Positions 48,701 to 61,973 of a stretch of DNA of 64,000 nucleotides are shown piece after piece (position 1 is the stretch's first letter; each line of letters opens with the position of its first letter). The notes beneath the pieces were generated by a model that did no database searches, was not told where the DNA came from, and saw nothing but the letters and a program-made list of their open reading frames with translations. The stretch is from Podarcis cretensis (Eukaryota), in assembly GCA_951804945.1 (NCBI GenBank), contig OX638149.1, positions 139,438,001-139,502,000 of the forward strand, given 5' to 3'. Made by a program: the position numbers and the translations under genes.

Positions 48701-49777
48701 TAAGTAAGTGCAAGTGGCTTGGGGATTATACTGATCTGTAGAACTCTAATTTAGTTGTATTTCTGAAATTAATATTTCCATGGCAGTACCTACATCACAC
48801 CCCATATTTGTACATAAAACATCTATGTATAATAATCAGTACATGTCCGTTTTGTCTGAGTGATGGTATTTCACTACAAAGTGCTCACATTGTAATTTTG
48901 GCAGGGTTGTGTTTAGAAAAATGCATGGAGCACTGTGATATACTTCCTATAAGTCAGGCCTACACAACTTAAGAACCTTCAAGACAAATATAGTCTGTTT
49001 TCCTTGTTCTCGCAGTCCTGGGCAAGACACACATAGTTTTATCAAGCCATTGGCTGACCACCAAACATGGCTAGGGAGATGTGCTGTTTGGCTTGATGTA
49101 CATGACTGTGTGGCTGCTTCTTAAGCTCCAGAATAAACCTGACCTGCCTTGTTCTACTAAATCTGATTCAAGTTCCTTTGGCCTTCAGCCATTATATATA
49201 TTCTAGTCTTCAGCTGTAAGTGTCACTGAATTCAGTTGGGCTTATTTTTGAATGTACTAATGTCTGTAGCCAAAGGTGCCTCTCCGCTTAGCATATGAAT
49301 TCCCTTTATCTCGTCCACCCTATTCATTGCAGGAGTAATTGCTGTAATTATGAAATAAAATTTCAAGCATGTGTTCTTCATGGCAATATCATCCTCTTTG
49401 TCTTTTGTCTGTAAGACATCTCATTCAGTGTGGAGAATAATGATGATGCCAGCTTGCTTTCTTAGAATCTTCTGCCTTTAAAGAGAAAAGCCTGCCCTAG
49501 TAACCCTTTTTCTTTTTCTTTTTTAAATTCAATTCATATATACTTATTTACATGTGTTGGCTGAAGAGCCTTACTATGCAGGAAGGAGATTCATTCTTCA
49601 AACGAGGAGTCAAGGTTGACTTTTTCCTCAAGCAATGCATAGCATCTGATGCACTGTACCAAATTCAGATTCTCAAGTATCTTTTTCTTACTGAGCTCTA
49701 CACAATATGGATTTCCTGGGCTATATAGAGGACACACACCACCCGTATGTTAGTAACCTTTTTCATCTTACCACCCT

Positions 49778-49779
<2 letters not shown>

Positions 49780-49816
<37 letters not shown>
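49780..49816. repeat. (GT)n microsatellite
   Basis: Seen directly. Confidence 0.95.
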
Positions 49817-49819
<3 letters not shown>

Positions 49820-52187
49820 CATAAGAAGGGGGCCACAAACAACTGTAAGCATTCACTGAACTGAAAGGGACCCTACTCAGATATTTAACCATGGTTCCCC
49901 TCCCCTACCTGCTGAATCTGTGTCTATCCCAACTTAAGCACCTGCACTAGTGATTGTAACATAATCTAGGTGGCTGTCCACTCAGGACTCTGCCTGTTTG
50001 ATTCATAGTTCCTTCAACAGCCATTCCACCTGGATTGTAAGCCATTTGGCATGGACCAAAGTCTTTGTGCTGTGTTTTGCAATTTTTAAAGTGCTGTTCT
50101 CATCATCATCATCATCAGAATCTGTCATGTTATTAATGTGCTACATCTCAACTGTGGGTTTATATGAATTCATAAATCTATAAATTCTCCAAGAACCAAA
50201 ATAGGAAAGTGATGTGTGTAGGTAAGGACTTCCATTGTAAGCACCGTGGGTTGTGAAGACCACCTGTTGTGATAAAACAATATCCTTCAGAAGAGTCTAA
50301 TCCCACTGTAAAGACAAAACCAAAGAGTCCAGACAGCACAACCCACAAAACATATCTTTTCCTTTGCTGAAGATCCAGTGGCATGAGAATGTCCGTAAAA
50401 ACAGACTGTAGAAGTGGCAGTCTTGTAAGTACAGTAGGTATTTTAATCTGAGAGAAACTTTCCAGATACTGGCAGTTGGGCTCTCTTGTCCCCTGTGCTA
50501 GATGGCAATGCTGTTTCCCCCTTGTTTTGTTTTTTTACAATTGTTTCATCCCATTTCAAGCTGGACAGAATAGAAGGGCCTCAGCTGCCAATCCAAAGAT
50601 CACCTGATCCAACACAAACTTTGGTTCCAAACTTGCAGCTGATACCCTTCTGGAAATATGTTGATAGCCTTTCAAACTTCATTATAATATTTTTGATGCA
50701 AAGTGTAATGGATGATTCAGCTTGGCACATGTGGCCATTCTCTTATTAGTATTCTGGAGCAAGCTGTCAGCTAATTAGGTTCTCAAAATGTGAACTACAT
50801 ATTGCAGAAGTTGGGAGAATAAATAAGAAAATTGCATAAACATCAGACCTCCTGGAGTTTAATCTGTTGAAGGAATCCCCTAGCAAATAGGCTGTGCTTT
50901 TTAATTTTTAATTTTTTTGGATCAGATCTCAATATGTTACGATATTTCAACTGCTGTGCATGGAAACTCCCTACCCCTCATACATTAATTGGATGTTTAT
51001 CGCCAAGAGTTTGCCCGGAAGCAGCTTACTAACTTTTCTTTACAAGGTCTGCCTTTTTCAGACTTCAGTTTTACCCTTCTGACCCCTCACATGATGTCTT
51101 AAAAATAACAATCTTCCCATGCAGCTAATTAATTGCACTCACCAGCAAGCAGATGTTATTTGGGTTTGGAAGGCCAGAGAGATACGGGCATGATTACATC
51201 TGGTTTACATTGACTTCACATCCAATTTGGAGCCCAACTTTTGAAGCTCTGGAGAATAAGAGACTATTGAGCCGTGTATGGGAGAACTAGCTCAGTGTGT
51301 CCATTTTATGTCTCTCCCCACAATAACACCCCTTTTTGGCCAAACATCAACCTGTAGGTGACTTGAGCGGTGGCTCATCAAGGTTCCACTTCAAGGGAAC
51401 CCCTAAACAAGAACTGGCTAGTCCCACAAATGCTGTAACCTGGTAGAGCTAATAGATATATGAGCCCATGGATGCTGGAGCTGTGCAGTATTGAAGCATG
51501 GCTGAGTTGGTAATGAATACAAATTTACTTGTTAAAACAGAGGAAGCAAATCAGTGCTGTGATCTGCCATGGGGGCCTGATCTGTGCTCCCAGGATCAAG
51601 TCATTCTATCATGTGGTGCCCCACCCTGGATCTGTTCCCAAATAACTTTTTTAAACCCCATTGTAACATAAGGTTAAATTTTAGTTTAAAAACATGATGA
51701 CGAGGGCCACTTAGCAAGATTGGAACCTCCCGCTTACCAGTTAAGGTGTCTGATCCTGTGTGACACTGCTCTTTCGCAAGTGACTCCTCTTCATGCAAGG
51801 GAAGCAAGCCGCTCACAACAAGCACCCCTCAGGATCAGATCCTTCCACTTACCACCTGCTGCTTCTTACGGCTGCTCAGTGGGAGGATCTGATCCTGTGC
51901 AGTGCAGAAGGAAGTGAAGGAAAGCCACTTACAAAGAGGCACCTGCACCTACAGGATCAAAGCCTCTACTCAGTGGCGGAGCTGCATGCTCCCCTGAAAG
52001 GCACAGATTACTCTGGGCCAACAGATGCTTTTCTGGCTTCTCCTGCCACCTAAGCTCAGGTGAATGTTTGCTGCAGAGAGGATCTTTTTCTTCAGTTGTG
52101 CCACTGCCTGGCAACTCCTTCCCTATGCTGGGAAAAGGTTAGGCCATTCCCCTGGTTCGCTGGGTTTTATTCTGCACTACTGATTTA

Positions 52188-52285
52188 GAGTTGAATTCAG
52201 CTAACATTTACTCAGAGTCGACCCATTGAAATGGTCATTAATTTCAGTGGGTCTACTGTGAGTAAAAGATAGCTAAAGGCAACCG
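52188..52285. mobile_element. Short palindromic MITE-like repeat
   Basis: tttactcagagtcgacccattgaaat / atttcagtgggtctactgtgagtaaa inverted arms. Confidence 0.65.
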
Positions 52286-52469
52286 TTAGTCTTTTTCAAT
52301 CTGTCTTTATTTATGTGTATTTTAAATAAACTTTTCTAAATTGTCCTGTGAGGTTTTTTTTAATAAATGGAAAGGCAGAGCACAATTGTCTTAAATAAAT
52401 ATCATGATGCAGATTTCAGCAGAACATCCACCTAGAGTGGAGCAGATAATTAGTAGATGGGAATATACA

Positions 52470-52595
52470 GCAAAGAGTTTTATGGCCCCTTGAAGACTTA
52501 CTGATTTACTGTGTTATAAACGTTTATGGGTTATAACCTACTTCATCTAGTCAATGAAAGCTTATGCCTTTAAGGCTCTTGTGTTGTTTTTGCTA
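52470..52595. mobile_element. Penelope-like terminal remnants in inverted arrangement
   Basis: caaagagttttatggccccttgaagact..cctacttcatc followed by tgaaagcttatgcctttaagg. Related to 6866 and 8822. Confidence 0.5.
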
Positions 52596-53037
52596 CACAC
52601 TATTGGGTTTGCCCTGAGGCAATCAGTGCTGCATCAGAGTTTGGGAACTGGATGAAAGAATCTTAATGGCTCTGGGTGGACAGCTGAAGGCTAACAATCC
52701 TTGACGGATGGAGAACGGATGGAGATACCTCTGGCATGTTCTGAATGGAGAAAGCTTGACTTCAGAAGGTGACACACCATCTGAGGAGAGTAAGGTGACC
52801 AAGAGGTCCTACTTTACAAAGGGCAGTTCGGTATTGGAAGGACTCAAAGAACAGTCCTCTACTTGAATATGTCCTCTAGTTGAAGGGACTGTCTGGTCCA
52901 AGTGCACTTTAAAGGCAGAGAACCCTATGAAGGAAGGATCTTGATGTTGCCCATGAAGAACATGTCTGGACTGCAGACTGCACAAACATACAGGTCACCT
53001 GGTCACAGTCCTTCCCTCTGTGGTGAGATGCTTCATA

Positions 53038-53391
53038 AAGTAAAGGTAAAGGTACCCCTGCCCGTACGGGCCAGTCTTGACAGACTCTGGGGTTGTGCGC
53101 CCATCTCACTTAAGAGGCCAGGGGCCAGCGCTGTCCGGAGACACTTCCGGGTCACGTGGCCAGCGTGACATCGCTGCTCTGGCGAGCCAGAGCCGCACAC
53201 GGAAACGCCGTTTACCTTCCCGCTGGTAAGCGGTCCCTATTTATCTACTTGCACCCGGAGGTGCTTTCGAACTGCTAGGTTGGCAGGCGCTGGGACCGAG
53301 CAGCGGGAGCGCACCCCGCCGCAGGGATTCGAACCGCCGACCTTTCGATCGGCAAGTCCTAGGCGCTGAGGCTTTAACCCACAGCGCCACC
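53038..53391 (-). mobile_element. Sauria SINE, young subfamily, near full length
   Basis: 9-bp TSD tgcttcata (53029-53037 / 53392-53400). Intact B-box ggttcgaatccc on the minus strand. One difference from 15433-15709. Confidence 0.95.
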
Positions 53392-54645
53392 TGCTTCATA
53401 TTTCTATCCAAATTATGGTAAATTATAGTAATTATTTCTAAATTTGCATATAATCATATAAATTAGCATAGGGAATTTTTATTCAACTCTGTGTCCTCTT
53501 TTGTCCACTTTTTGAAACTGTAAGTGTGTGTGTGTGTGTGTGTGTGAACAATAGGGTATTTTGCAGGGCAGTGAAAAAGGCTCTGCAGTTGGAAACAAAG
53601 AGGAAGACAGAGATTGAGCAGTGAGCCGAAGGGTGGAAGGCAACTTAAGGCACTGGGGTGCCTTTCTGGGAACCTGATGAGGAGCAGTAGATGTGCTCCT
53701 TCAAGGAATGCTTAAGCCTGTTTGACAGCACCCATTCTCCACTTGCATATTGGGAAATGAATTCAATATTACAAACCATCATTCTCCTCTGATCTCTCCA
53801 CCAAAGGAAGCCAAACCCTAGTGAGTTCTGCACTTGGAACTTCTCACTACTCAGGGTAGTGGCAAGCGCATAGCAATATTATTTTCCCTAGTTAGAACAA
53901 TTTAAATGCAAAATCAATAAAACAGTCAGCTGTGCCATCTTCGTAAATAATAGTGACTGGGATACCTTGGGAAAAATAGCTGCTGTTAGCATTCCTTCCC
54001 GTGTCACAGAGCTAAAAATGTCTATGCTGAATACAAAAGTCTTGCACTTTCACATGAGAAATAAATTGGGAAAGAAAATAAGTGGTGGCAGGAGAACTGT
54101 CATGCAGCATTTACTGTTGCAATAATAATAATAATCCGTGATCGAAGAACAGGGTGCCCTGCATGCATCTTTGTAGACAGAAGATGAATTGAGAGCTGCC
54201 ACTGGCAGATGGTAAACACTACAGGTTGTGATCCAAATATTACATAGCAAATGGTGTGACAAGAGGGATGCAATTAAAGTAACAGTTGTGGCCATGCTGG
54301 TGAAGCGGCAGAAAACAGGAGAGAGAATGGGAATTGGAACAATGGAATTGAAGTATTTCAAAGATTTTCGGAAGAAATAAATAACCATCTATTTTGTTAA
54401 CACAGTTTTAATTACTTGAAAATCTATTGCAAGATTTGAGCTACATGAGGCTTCTTTATCATGTGTAGATGCTCAGTGTGCATAAATAAATGGGATTGAA
54501 TGAATATGTGTCTTCTCATACCTATAATCCCAAATTGTCACCTCGTTAGTGTGAATTCGAAGGCGGGCTTTGGAACTGATAGACTTGCTGTTTCAGAGCA
54601 CCGTTGTAAAACAAGCAGAGACATTTTCATACTAAGTAAGGTGCC

Positions 54646-54889
54646 GAACCTAGCAGTTCGAAAGCATGTCAAAGTGCAAGTAGATAAATAGGTACCGCTC
54701 CAGCAGGAAGCTAAACGGTGTTTCTGTGCGCTGCTCTGGTTCACCAGAAGTGGCTTAGTCATGCTGGCCACATCACCCGGAAGCTGTCTGCCGACAAACG
54801 CCGGCTCCTTTGGCCAATAAAGCGAGATGATCGCCACAACCCTAGAGTCATCCGCAACTGGACCTAGTGATCAGGGGTCCCTTTACCTT
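54646..54889 (+). mobile_element. Sauria SINE, 5'-truncated
   Basis: 9-bp TSD taaggtgcc (54637-54645 / 54890-54898); cctttaccttt tail. Confidence 0.92.
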
Positions 54890-55304
54890 TAAGGTGCCTA
54901 CCTAAATTAGAGACTGATTTTTTAAAACAGACCAGCTGAACTAAATTTCAGTTTGGCTGCATCACCATGTGGTGGGAAGCAGCAGTGGTGTCTTTTGAAG
55001 ACACTCATTTATCTGTTACTGAAATTCTCGAAAGAGGCAGAGTGTAATTTGAATTAAAGTCTTCTTTTCAATAGCATAGTCTTCTCTGCCTTGCACAGTT
55101 CACTGCCAGAACTGCAGTCTCTTAGTGACAGCTGTGCTTAGGGAATTTTTCTTAGAATATATATATATACACTTCTCCATAGTTGATCATATTGTAGAAC
55201 CTTTGCAGTAAGCACTCAGCTTGACACACTAATGACTTACAGTTGAACTGTCATCCTTGGCAATGTATTTTTGGAACATACAAAAACTAAGGAGTTTTCA
55301 TATG

Positions 55305-55500
55305 TATCATATAAAGCTGCCTTAATCCATTGGTTCATCTAGCACAGTGTTTTCTGCTCTGGCAGTGATCATCCAGAATTTCAGGCAGACTTTCTAGCTA
55401 CTTGATCCCTTTTTAACCCCTTGATCCCTTTTATGCCCCTTGTTGAACCTGAGAACCTCTGTGTGCCCCCAAAAAGTGCTCTGACGCTGAGCAATGGCTC
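55305..55500 (-). mobile_element. Old tRNA(Ala)-derived SINE
   Basis: aagctgcctta..ccattggttcatctagc..ttgaacctgagaacc..ctgagcaatggctcc, a diverged reverse complement of 7210-7395. Confidence 0.45.
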
Positions 55501-55784
55501 CTGTACTAGCAAGCATGATCCAGTATTAAAAACTATGCACTCCATTGAAATTATTCACAGCTCATAATATGTTGTACGACAGTTTCCCTTATGACATAAC
55601 AAGAGGAATGCTACCAAATTCCCAACTGTGAGAAGACAGGCACATTTCATGAAGAACTGATTGGCTGCACTCTTGTTCATTGCAGTAGAAATTGGATATG
55701 GGATTAATGGAGCACAAGGCATATTTGGGTTTTCTCCTGCCAGGAGGTGGCAAAAGAAAGAAATCTTGAGGAGACCCAGTATAC

Positions 55785-56060
55785 ATCAGAGATCACCAAC
55801 ATGGTGACCTCCAGATGTTGTTGGAATCAAACGCTGATCATTCCTAGCCACTGTGGACAATGGTCAGGCAGCAATTCAGTCAGCAGAGCATGTGACTCTT
55901 TATCTCAGGATCATGAGTTCAAGCCCCACGTTGGGTGAAAGATTCCTGCATTGTGGGGGGTTGGACTAGATGGCCCTCGTGGTCTCTTCCAACTCTACAG
56001 TTCTATGATTCTGTGGAAGGTGTAGTAGTCCAACAAGAACTAGAGGGCACCATTTTGACT
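55785..56060. mobile_element. Old hAT fold-back MITE split by a SINE
   Basis: atggtgacctccagatgttgttgga ... tagtccaacaagaactagagggcaccat inverted arms around the SINE. Confidence 0.55.
55867..56014 (+). mobile_element. tRNA(Lys)-derived SINE with a CR1 3' tail
   Basis: The head tcagtcagcagagcatgtgactctttatctcagg..gttcaagccccacgttggg matches the tRNA-Lys(CTT) layout. The tail matches the reverse complement of the CR1 3' end at 30696-30766. Confidence 0.82.
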
Positions 56061-56090
56061 TCCTTTTGTCAAAGTCCTCCTCATTGCAAC

Positions 56091-56235
56091 AGGAACATAG
56101 AATTCTGCTGAATCAGGCCATCAGTCTGCCTAACCCAGTACTGTCAGTACTGACTGGCAGCTGTTCTCCAGTTTCTCTCCCAGCCCTCCTTGGAGATGCC
56201 AGAGATTGAACCTAGGCTTCTCTGCCACTGGGCTC
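56091..56235 (-). mobile_element. Old tRNA(Ala)-derived SINE
   Basis: aggaacatag..gaatcaggccatc..ctgactggcag..ggagatgccagagattgaacctagg. Confidence 0.6.
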
Positions 56236-57534
56236 AAGCTCTTCCATGTAAGTCTCCCTTTCCTGATAGCATTTTTGAAGGCTTATGAAAGTTCTTCAGG
56301 GGCTGGAGAGAAGAGATATCAGCAAACGAAACATACTTCAAGGAGAGGAACGCAGGCCAGATCCTGGCACTCTCCCCATACATCCCTGACTGCATCTTTA
56401 CAATATAGCTGCCTCTGAGTAGGTGCAAGATGAGGAAAAAATGTAGCATGGGTTGGAGACGGGTATGTGTCAAGACACTGTTCTGTGCAAGGGCTTCTCT
56501 GTATTATAAATGTACATTAAATGTTACTTCCAATAACTGACAAATGGTGAGTGGGATTTTGCTTCTTGTTTTTGTAAAACATATGAAAAACTGAATAATA
56601 TGGAACTCCCCCCCCCCCCCTTTGTATAAAATCCAGGCTTTTTGCTTGTGATTTTAAAAAAGCTCACATTTTAAAAAAACACCAGGAATAGGAAATGCTT
56701 TAGAATAATGAAAAGTTCTATTGTGCATGTAGTTCATTGTATCATTTATCACCTCCATCTCTATCAATATGTTTTGAACAATAGTTCATAGATAATAGTA
56801 TTAGGAAGCAGAAAGTTTAAGAATTTAAAATCCAGCTCAAGTTTAGGGAGGTTGAATCTGTTGAAAGTTACTCAATCTGCCTCTGGTGTTTCCGTGTGCT
56901 GTGCATAATTTTTAAAATTGAATTGGAGCTCCATGAAAAAGTGAATTTGACCGGGGCTGGGTTTGTTTGTTTTTATAATGCAAATAGTGATGATGATGAT
57001 GATGATGATTGAAGTAAAAGTACCCCCTCAGCTCACTCAACAGAACCTCAATTTAACAAGATTATTTAAATATGTAGCTGGACCCCCAATGAATGGCAGA
57101 TTTACCTGAGTGCAGTTGAACTGCTCTTTTCTTTAATGTAAAAATAATTAATTGTGCTGCTCCCGAGAGGTGTTCTATCTGCATCTGCACAGCATCGCAA
57201 GCACAGAGGACCCATTTTTCCTGATTCTTGCCTGAAACACACTTTGGCTGAGAAGAGATTGGAATGAGCAGGAGCCTGGTCAGGGAACAGAGTCTGACCC
57301 TGTTCTAAAATACTGTGAGGGTCAAGCCTATATATGATCTAGTTGGGATTCCAAAGGCTTTTCTTACATTTTCATTATTTCCATTGGGACCACAACTGAG
57401 GAAAGGAATATAACTCTCCCTCCCTACCCATTGTGGACCTGATTCTGATTATTCTGCACACTCTTTCTCTCTCATACCCCTGAAGATTATTTTTTTTCTA
57501 CACCTGTGTGCATTCTCCTAATTAATATTATGTC

Positions 57535-57672
57535 TAAAAGAAGATCCTGCTGGATCCGTCCCGTGGCCCACCTAATCCTGCATCTTGTCTAGCCAGATGA
57601 CAGTGGGGAACCTGCCAGCAGAATCTGAGCCCAAGAGCCGCCCTCTCCCCTCCTGTGGTTTTCAGCAGCTGG
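57535..57672 (-). mobile_element. Old CR1 3' UTR remnant
   Basis: aagaagatcctgctggatc..gcatcttg..ccagatg..ctctcccctcctgtggttttcagcagctgg. Confidence 0.55.
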
Positions 57673-59364
57673 GATAATATGGTGTAACAGAATATGGGTC
57701 TTAATGTTGGATAGGGCCTGTGAGGCCAAACTGCTGATATACATTACAAATTATTTACTAAAGAAGAAATGGAATGGAGGTTTCCCTGAACTAGCTCTTC
57801 CCCATTTCCAACTCTGAGATTAGCACCAGTGTCACAGCCAGGCAAGATCTGGTCCTGTGTCTCCAGTATCTGTTGCCTACATTTACAGATAATCAGGCTG
57901 TGACTCCTTCAACCAGGACAGAGAGATTCTCACTTAATGGTCCAACATTAGCATGTGCTGAAGGACCTTGCTGATTCAGGGTAAAGTTATGTTGAAGTTG
58001 CTCTATTTGCTGAATAATGTATCAAATTAAATAATTGCTATGGCAGATTGATCCACTTTAAGATGATTGTAGAGGGATGCCAATTGGTTTATCTTAGATC
58101 TGAATAATGCAAGTTTAGCAGCATGAGTGATGTCCTTGGATCAAATTATTTAATAACAGGATAGACAGTGCTGGGAGTTCATATTTTAATCATACATCTA
58201 AGCTTTTAAAACAAGCTGTATGGTTGTTTCAAAAACAACAGAAGAAAAAGCACTAAAGCTGGAGTTCTAACCCCACTTACTTACCTGGGAGTAAGCCTCA
58301 CTGAATTAGAGGACTTACTTCTACGTAGACATGGTTTGGCTTATGCTGTAAGTTGACTTGCGTCTTTAATATTCCCTTGCCTGCAGCATTGGTCGCACTG
58401 TGGATATTGCATTGGCGTTTATGCCGCCTTTGCTTTAACACTTGCCCTTTTGTCTGTGCTTACATTGTGAAATCAACCATTTTGAAACAAGGTGAATACG
58501 GCAGGGCTTTATAACCCTTGCAGTGATACGGGCAACTGAAAGCCCCATTGAATTGAATGGATTGCTACAGCTGTTTCACACATTCCTTTTTAAAAAGTGT
58601 GTATGTAAAAAAAATGCAAAGTGTGAATGTGAGAAACACCTGTTTGCAAAGACATCTGTCTGTAAGCTTGTTAGAGAGAAGTAGAATAAACTGCAGCCAT
58701 GCGTCCCTGTGAAGGCAACCCTGAGTGATGTGCAGAATGGTCTTTAAAGGGCCTTTGCAGCGGGAGGGGCGTACGAGCACCAGCCAGGGTGCTTGGAAGA
58801 GTATACTTAAAGTTCTAATTCTGAGCACCCAAAGCTTTGAGGGTTTTTTTTTAAAAAAATGATGATGATGATACCACTTGAACATTAGACAAAGCTGCAT
58901 ACTGTGGCTTAATTGCATGTTTTACTTTTGGGGTACTTATAATGCAATCCTATGTATATCTACTAAGAAGTAGGTCCTATTGAGTTTGAGTTGTCTTACT
59001 GCTAGATTGCAGCCTAAGGATCATTTCTGATGTTCATGCATGGGTGCTAGTTTTTATGTAGCTGAAAGAACACCATCCATGCAGAAGACTGACCAAGGTT
59101 CCAGCAGGCTAGAAGGAAACCCCAGCATCTCCAGAAATACAAGAAAATCTGGTGTAGGAAACCCCCAAGGGGAACCCCCCAAACAGTCCAATAACTACTA
59201 TATATAATACTATGTAAATAATACCACACACCAATGCAAATCACAAAAAATGTGCCAGAATGTTTCATATATGTTGGAGATGTAAAAAAAAAATTGGAAA
59301 GGTACATTTCCCTATATTTTGTGGCAATGTCCTTGTATAAAAAGCAGTAATGGTCAGTTATTGT

Positions 59365-59583
59365 CAGGGGTGCAGCATGGGAGGGGGTGCCAGGAGGGCC
59401 GTGGCTCCAGGAGCCCAATTTTTGAGCGGGAGCTAAAAGGTGCCCCCATTCAGGTGCCCCCAGCATGGCCCGGCCCAGTGTTCCTCTCTGCCCGCCAAGG
59501 GTTGCCTTGGCCAGCTGGGCTCCCCCCTGCACAGCTGGGAAGGCGGCTCTGTCCAGGCACCAGCAACCGAGGCTAAGTTACTG
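59365..59583. mobile_element. GC-rich non-autonomous hAT element
   Basis: Perfect 8-bp TSD gttattgt (59357-59364 / 59584-59591); CAG..CTG termini. Confidence 0.75.
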
Positions 59584-60306
59584 GTTATTGTAAAAGAGGC
59601 TAAGAAGACAGAAGATACAAGACTCAATTAAATCTACAGGCAATATTATTAGGAAAAATAAAAGGACATACTAGAAGGAAACATACAATATTAGTTGTGT
59701 CCGTGTTAACCATGGCGTGTGTGTTATTGGCAAATGCATGGAAGTCAGCTAATTCCACCTGCTCTCAGTTGCTGGTGGTGGAGCATCATATTAAGGCAAA
59801 GTATTATGGCTGATAAATATTTGTGGGAAGGCAGAAACAATGCTATCAACATTTTTCAGGCAATCCTGAGCTTAATTATAGAATTTTGAGCATTACACAT
59901 AGGATTTGACTACTTAGAAGGCTTTGTTGGCATGCTTGTCTTGTATTTGAGTTGATTAATTTGTTAATATGATATAATGTTATTTTTAAAAGACTCATTT
60001 TAAACAAATATACAAAGGCTGGGCATGCTCAATGACTACAGAGCATGGATGGGCTATTGTGGCGGAAATGGAAAGCCAGGTGAGAAGAAGAATGGAAAGG
60101 AACCTTGTGAAAGAGGGCCTGGCTGAGAGGTAGAAATGCTGAAAGCAAGAGCACTCCACACGGTGCTACATGTGCTACAGGTTCCACTTGTTTTGGGTTA
60201 TTTTAATCTTTTCCCTGGAAATGTTCTCACTAGTCTGGAATCCATGTTGCCTAAAATGCATATGCTCACGGAATTACAACACTGTGGTCTGCACTACATC
60301 TAAGTA

Positions 60307-60493
60307 CAGTGATACCTTGGGTTAAGAACTTAATTCGTTCTGGAGGTCCATTCTTAACCTGAAACTAATCAGGCCTCCTGCTGCCGCCGCACGATTTCTG
60401 TTCTCATCCTGAAGCAAAGTTCTTAACCCGAGGTACTATTTCTGGGTTAGCGGAGTCTGTAACCTGAAGCGCCTGTAACCTGAGGTACCACTG
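60307..60493. mobile_element. Tc1/mariner-type MITE (internally deleted, opposite orientation to 11872 and 35112)
   Basis: TA|CAGTGATACCTTGGG ... CCTGAGGTACCACTG|TA. Confidence 0.9.
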
Positions 60494-61586
60494 TATACAT
60501 ATGGAAAAAGTAAGTGCATCCATCTAAGTTTTAGCCTAATCCTCTCTCTGACAATATTCTATAGAACTGGGGGTGCTTTTAAAAAATCCCAGGGCTGGCC
60601 CTCCCACGAAGCAAAAGGAGGCAGCAGCCCCTCCCTCCCCTCTTCCTCCTAGGCTCCCTGGCCCTGCCTTTCTGTTGGGAGACAGAGCTGTGTGCCAAAC
60701 CATCGAGGTTAGCCTTCTGCCTTCAGGTACGTGGAGAAGGACACCCAGTTAGCAGGGTTGAAGCAAGATTCATCTGCCAATCCAGCCAACTTTAGTCCCG
60801 GGTTACCACAAACCAAAAGCAACTCTCAGCTTGCTTTCTAGAGGCAACACAAATCCATCGGAATACTTATTCCCAACTTCACATTTGGAGCAGCTGAATT
60901 AGTTGTTTTCTAAGCTGCGCTTAATGGGAAGTGCTGTGTTAACCCCCCCCCCACACACACACATCCTATATGGACAATATTTTCTTTAATGAAATCTGCC
61001 TTCAAGTCAATGTCACTAAAGTTTGGGTGGTTTTCTTGCAGGTCTTTGTCTGCTTTTTCACTAATGACCCAGATAATTGTTACTTTAAAAGGTTTAATCC
61101 AAGACTAGCCCAGACACCTATTTGCCACTAAGCATGCACATCCTTGAGCTTTTGCTTATGGTCACTGGACTGAAAGAAAGAAGGCTAAAGTCCTCGTTTT
61201 TATAATCACACTTCCCTTGCCTCCTAATACAAATGTGACATTTCAATTTTTGGTGCTTTATAAATCATCTGCAGCAAAGAACAAAGCCCTGATCTAGGTC
61301 AGGAAATCAGTGCATGAAAGCAGATAGCCACATCCATATTACGTTCATGAATCAAGGACTGTGGGACTAAAATGGATGCACATCAAAATGCGAATGTTGA
61401 CTCTGTCTTCCCTTCCCTTCCCTTACTTTAATTAGTTAGATAGTTAGCTCTTTAGTTGTTTGTTTGTTCCCAATGACATCCTGCTATGTCTGGTTACTCA
61501 TAGCTACATATGACATGGGGCTTCTGATAGTTGATAGATAAGCTGTCAGTTCCCAGCCCCACTTGCATTCAAAATGTAGCAGCTAG

Positions 61587-61709
61587 CATGGGCGTAGCCA
61601 GGAGTTTTGCTGAGGGGGCAGGCTTTTGTTAGAGGGGCAGAACTTCAGATTTGTATTGATTTGTCTTGATTTAGGGGGACAGCTGCCCCCACCTTTGGCT
61701 ACACCCATG
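61587..61709. mobile_element. hAT MITE (123 bp)
   Basis: TIR CATGGGCGTAGCCA / TGGCTACACCCATG; TSD gcagctag / gcatctag. Confidence 0.85.
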
Positions 61710-61719
61710 GCATCTAGGG

Positions 61720-61973
61720 CAGCCATGTCCAGCTCCCAAGAGACCGTGATCTACTCCCGGTATAAAAAAACCTGGCAGTGATCTCCCCATTGTCATTGGA
61801 GGAAGGAGGAGCGTGGGTGGGGTGGGGGTGGATTGCCCAGAGTTGTGGAGCTTTTGGGGGGGAGATTCTAGCTTTCCCCTCATAACTTTTTGTACACAAT
61901 AAGGATCCCACTTTCTACCAGGATCAGCCGGTGATCTACCGGTAAATCACAATCTATTGGTTGGACATCCCTC
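61720..61973. mobile_element. Decayed hAT MITE
   Basis: CAGCCATGTCCAGC ... GTTGGACATCCCTC, repeated gtgatctac motifs, partial TSD atctaggg / atctattt. Confidence 0.5.

Noticed and set aside
50260-50370. PVVIKQYP peptide resembling the start of a retroviral RT
   Set aside because: No downstream RT motifs and an early stop; likely chance.
55867-55937. tRNA-Lys gene
   Set aside because: The stems are mutated and it is fused directly to a CR1 tail, so it is a SINE head rather than a tRNA.
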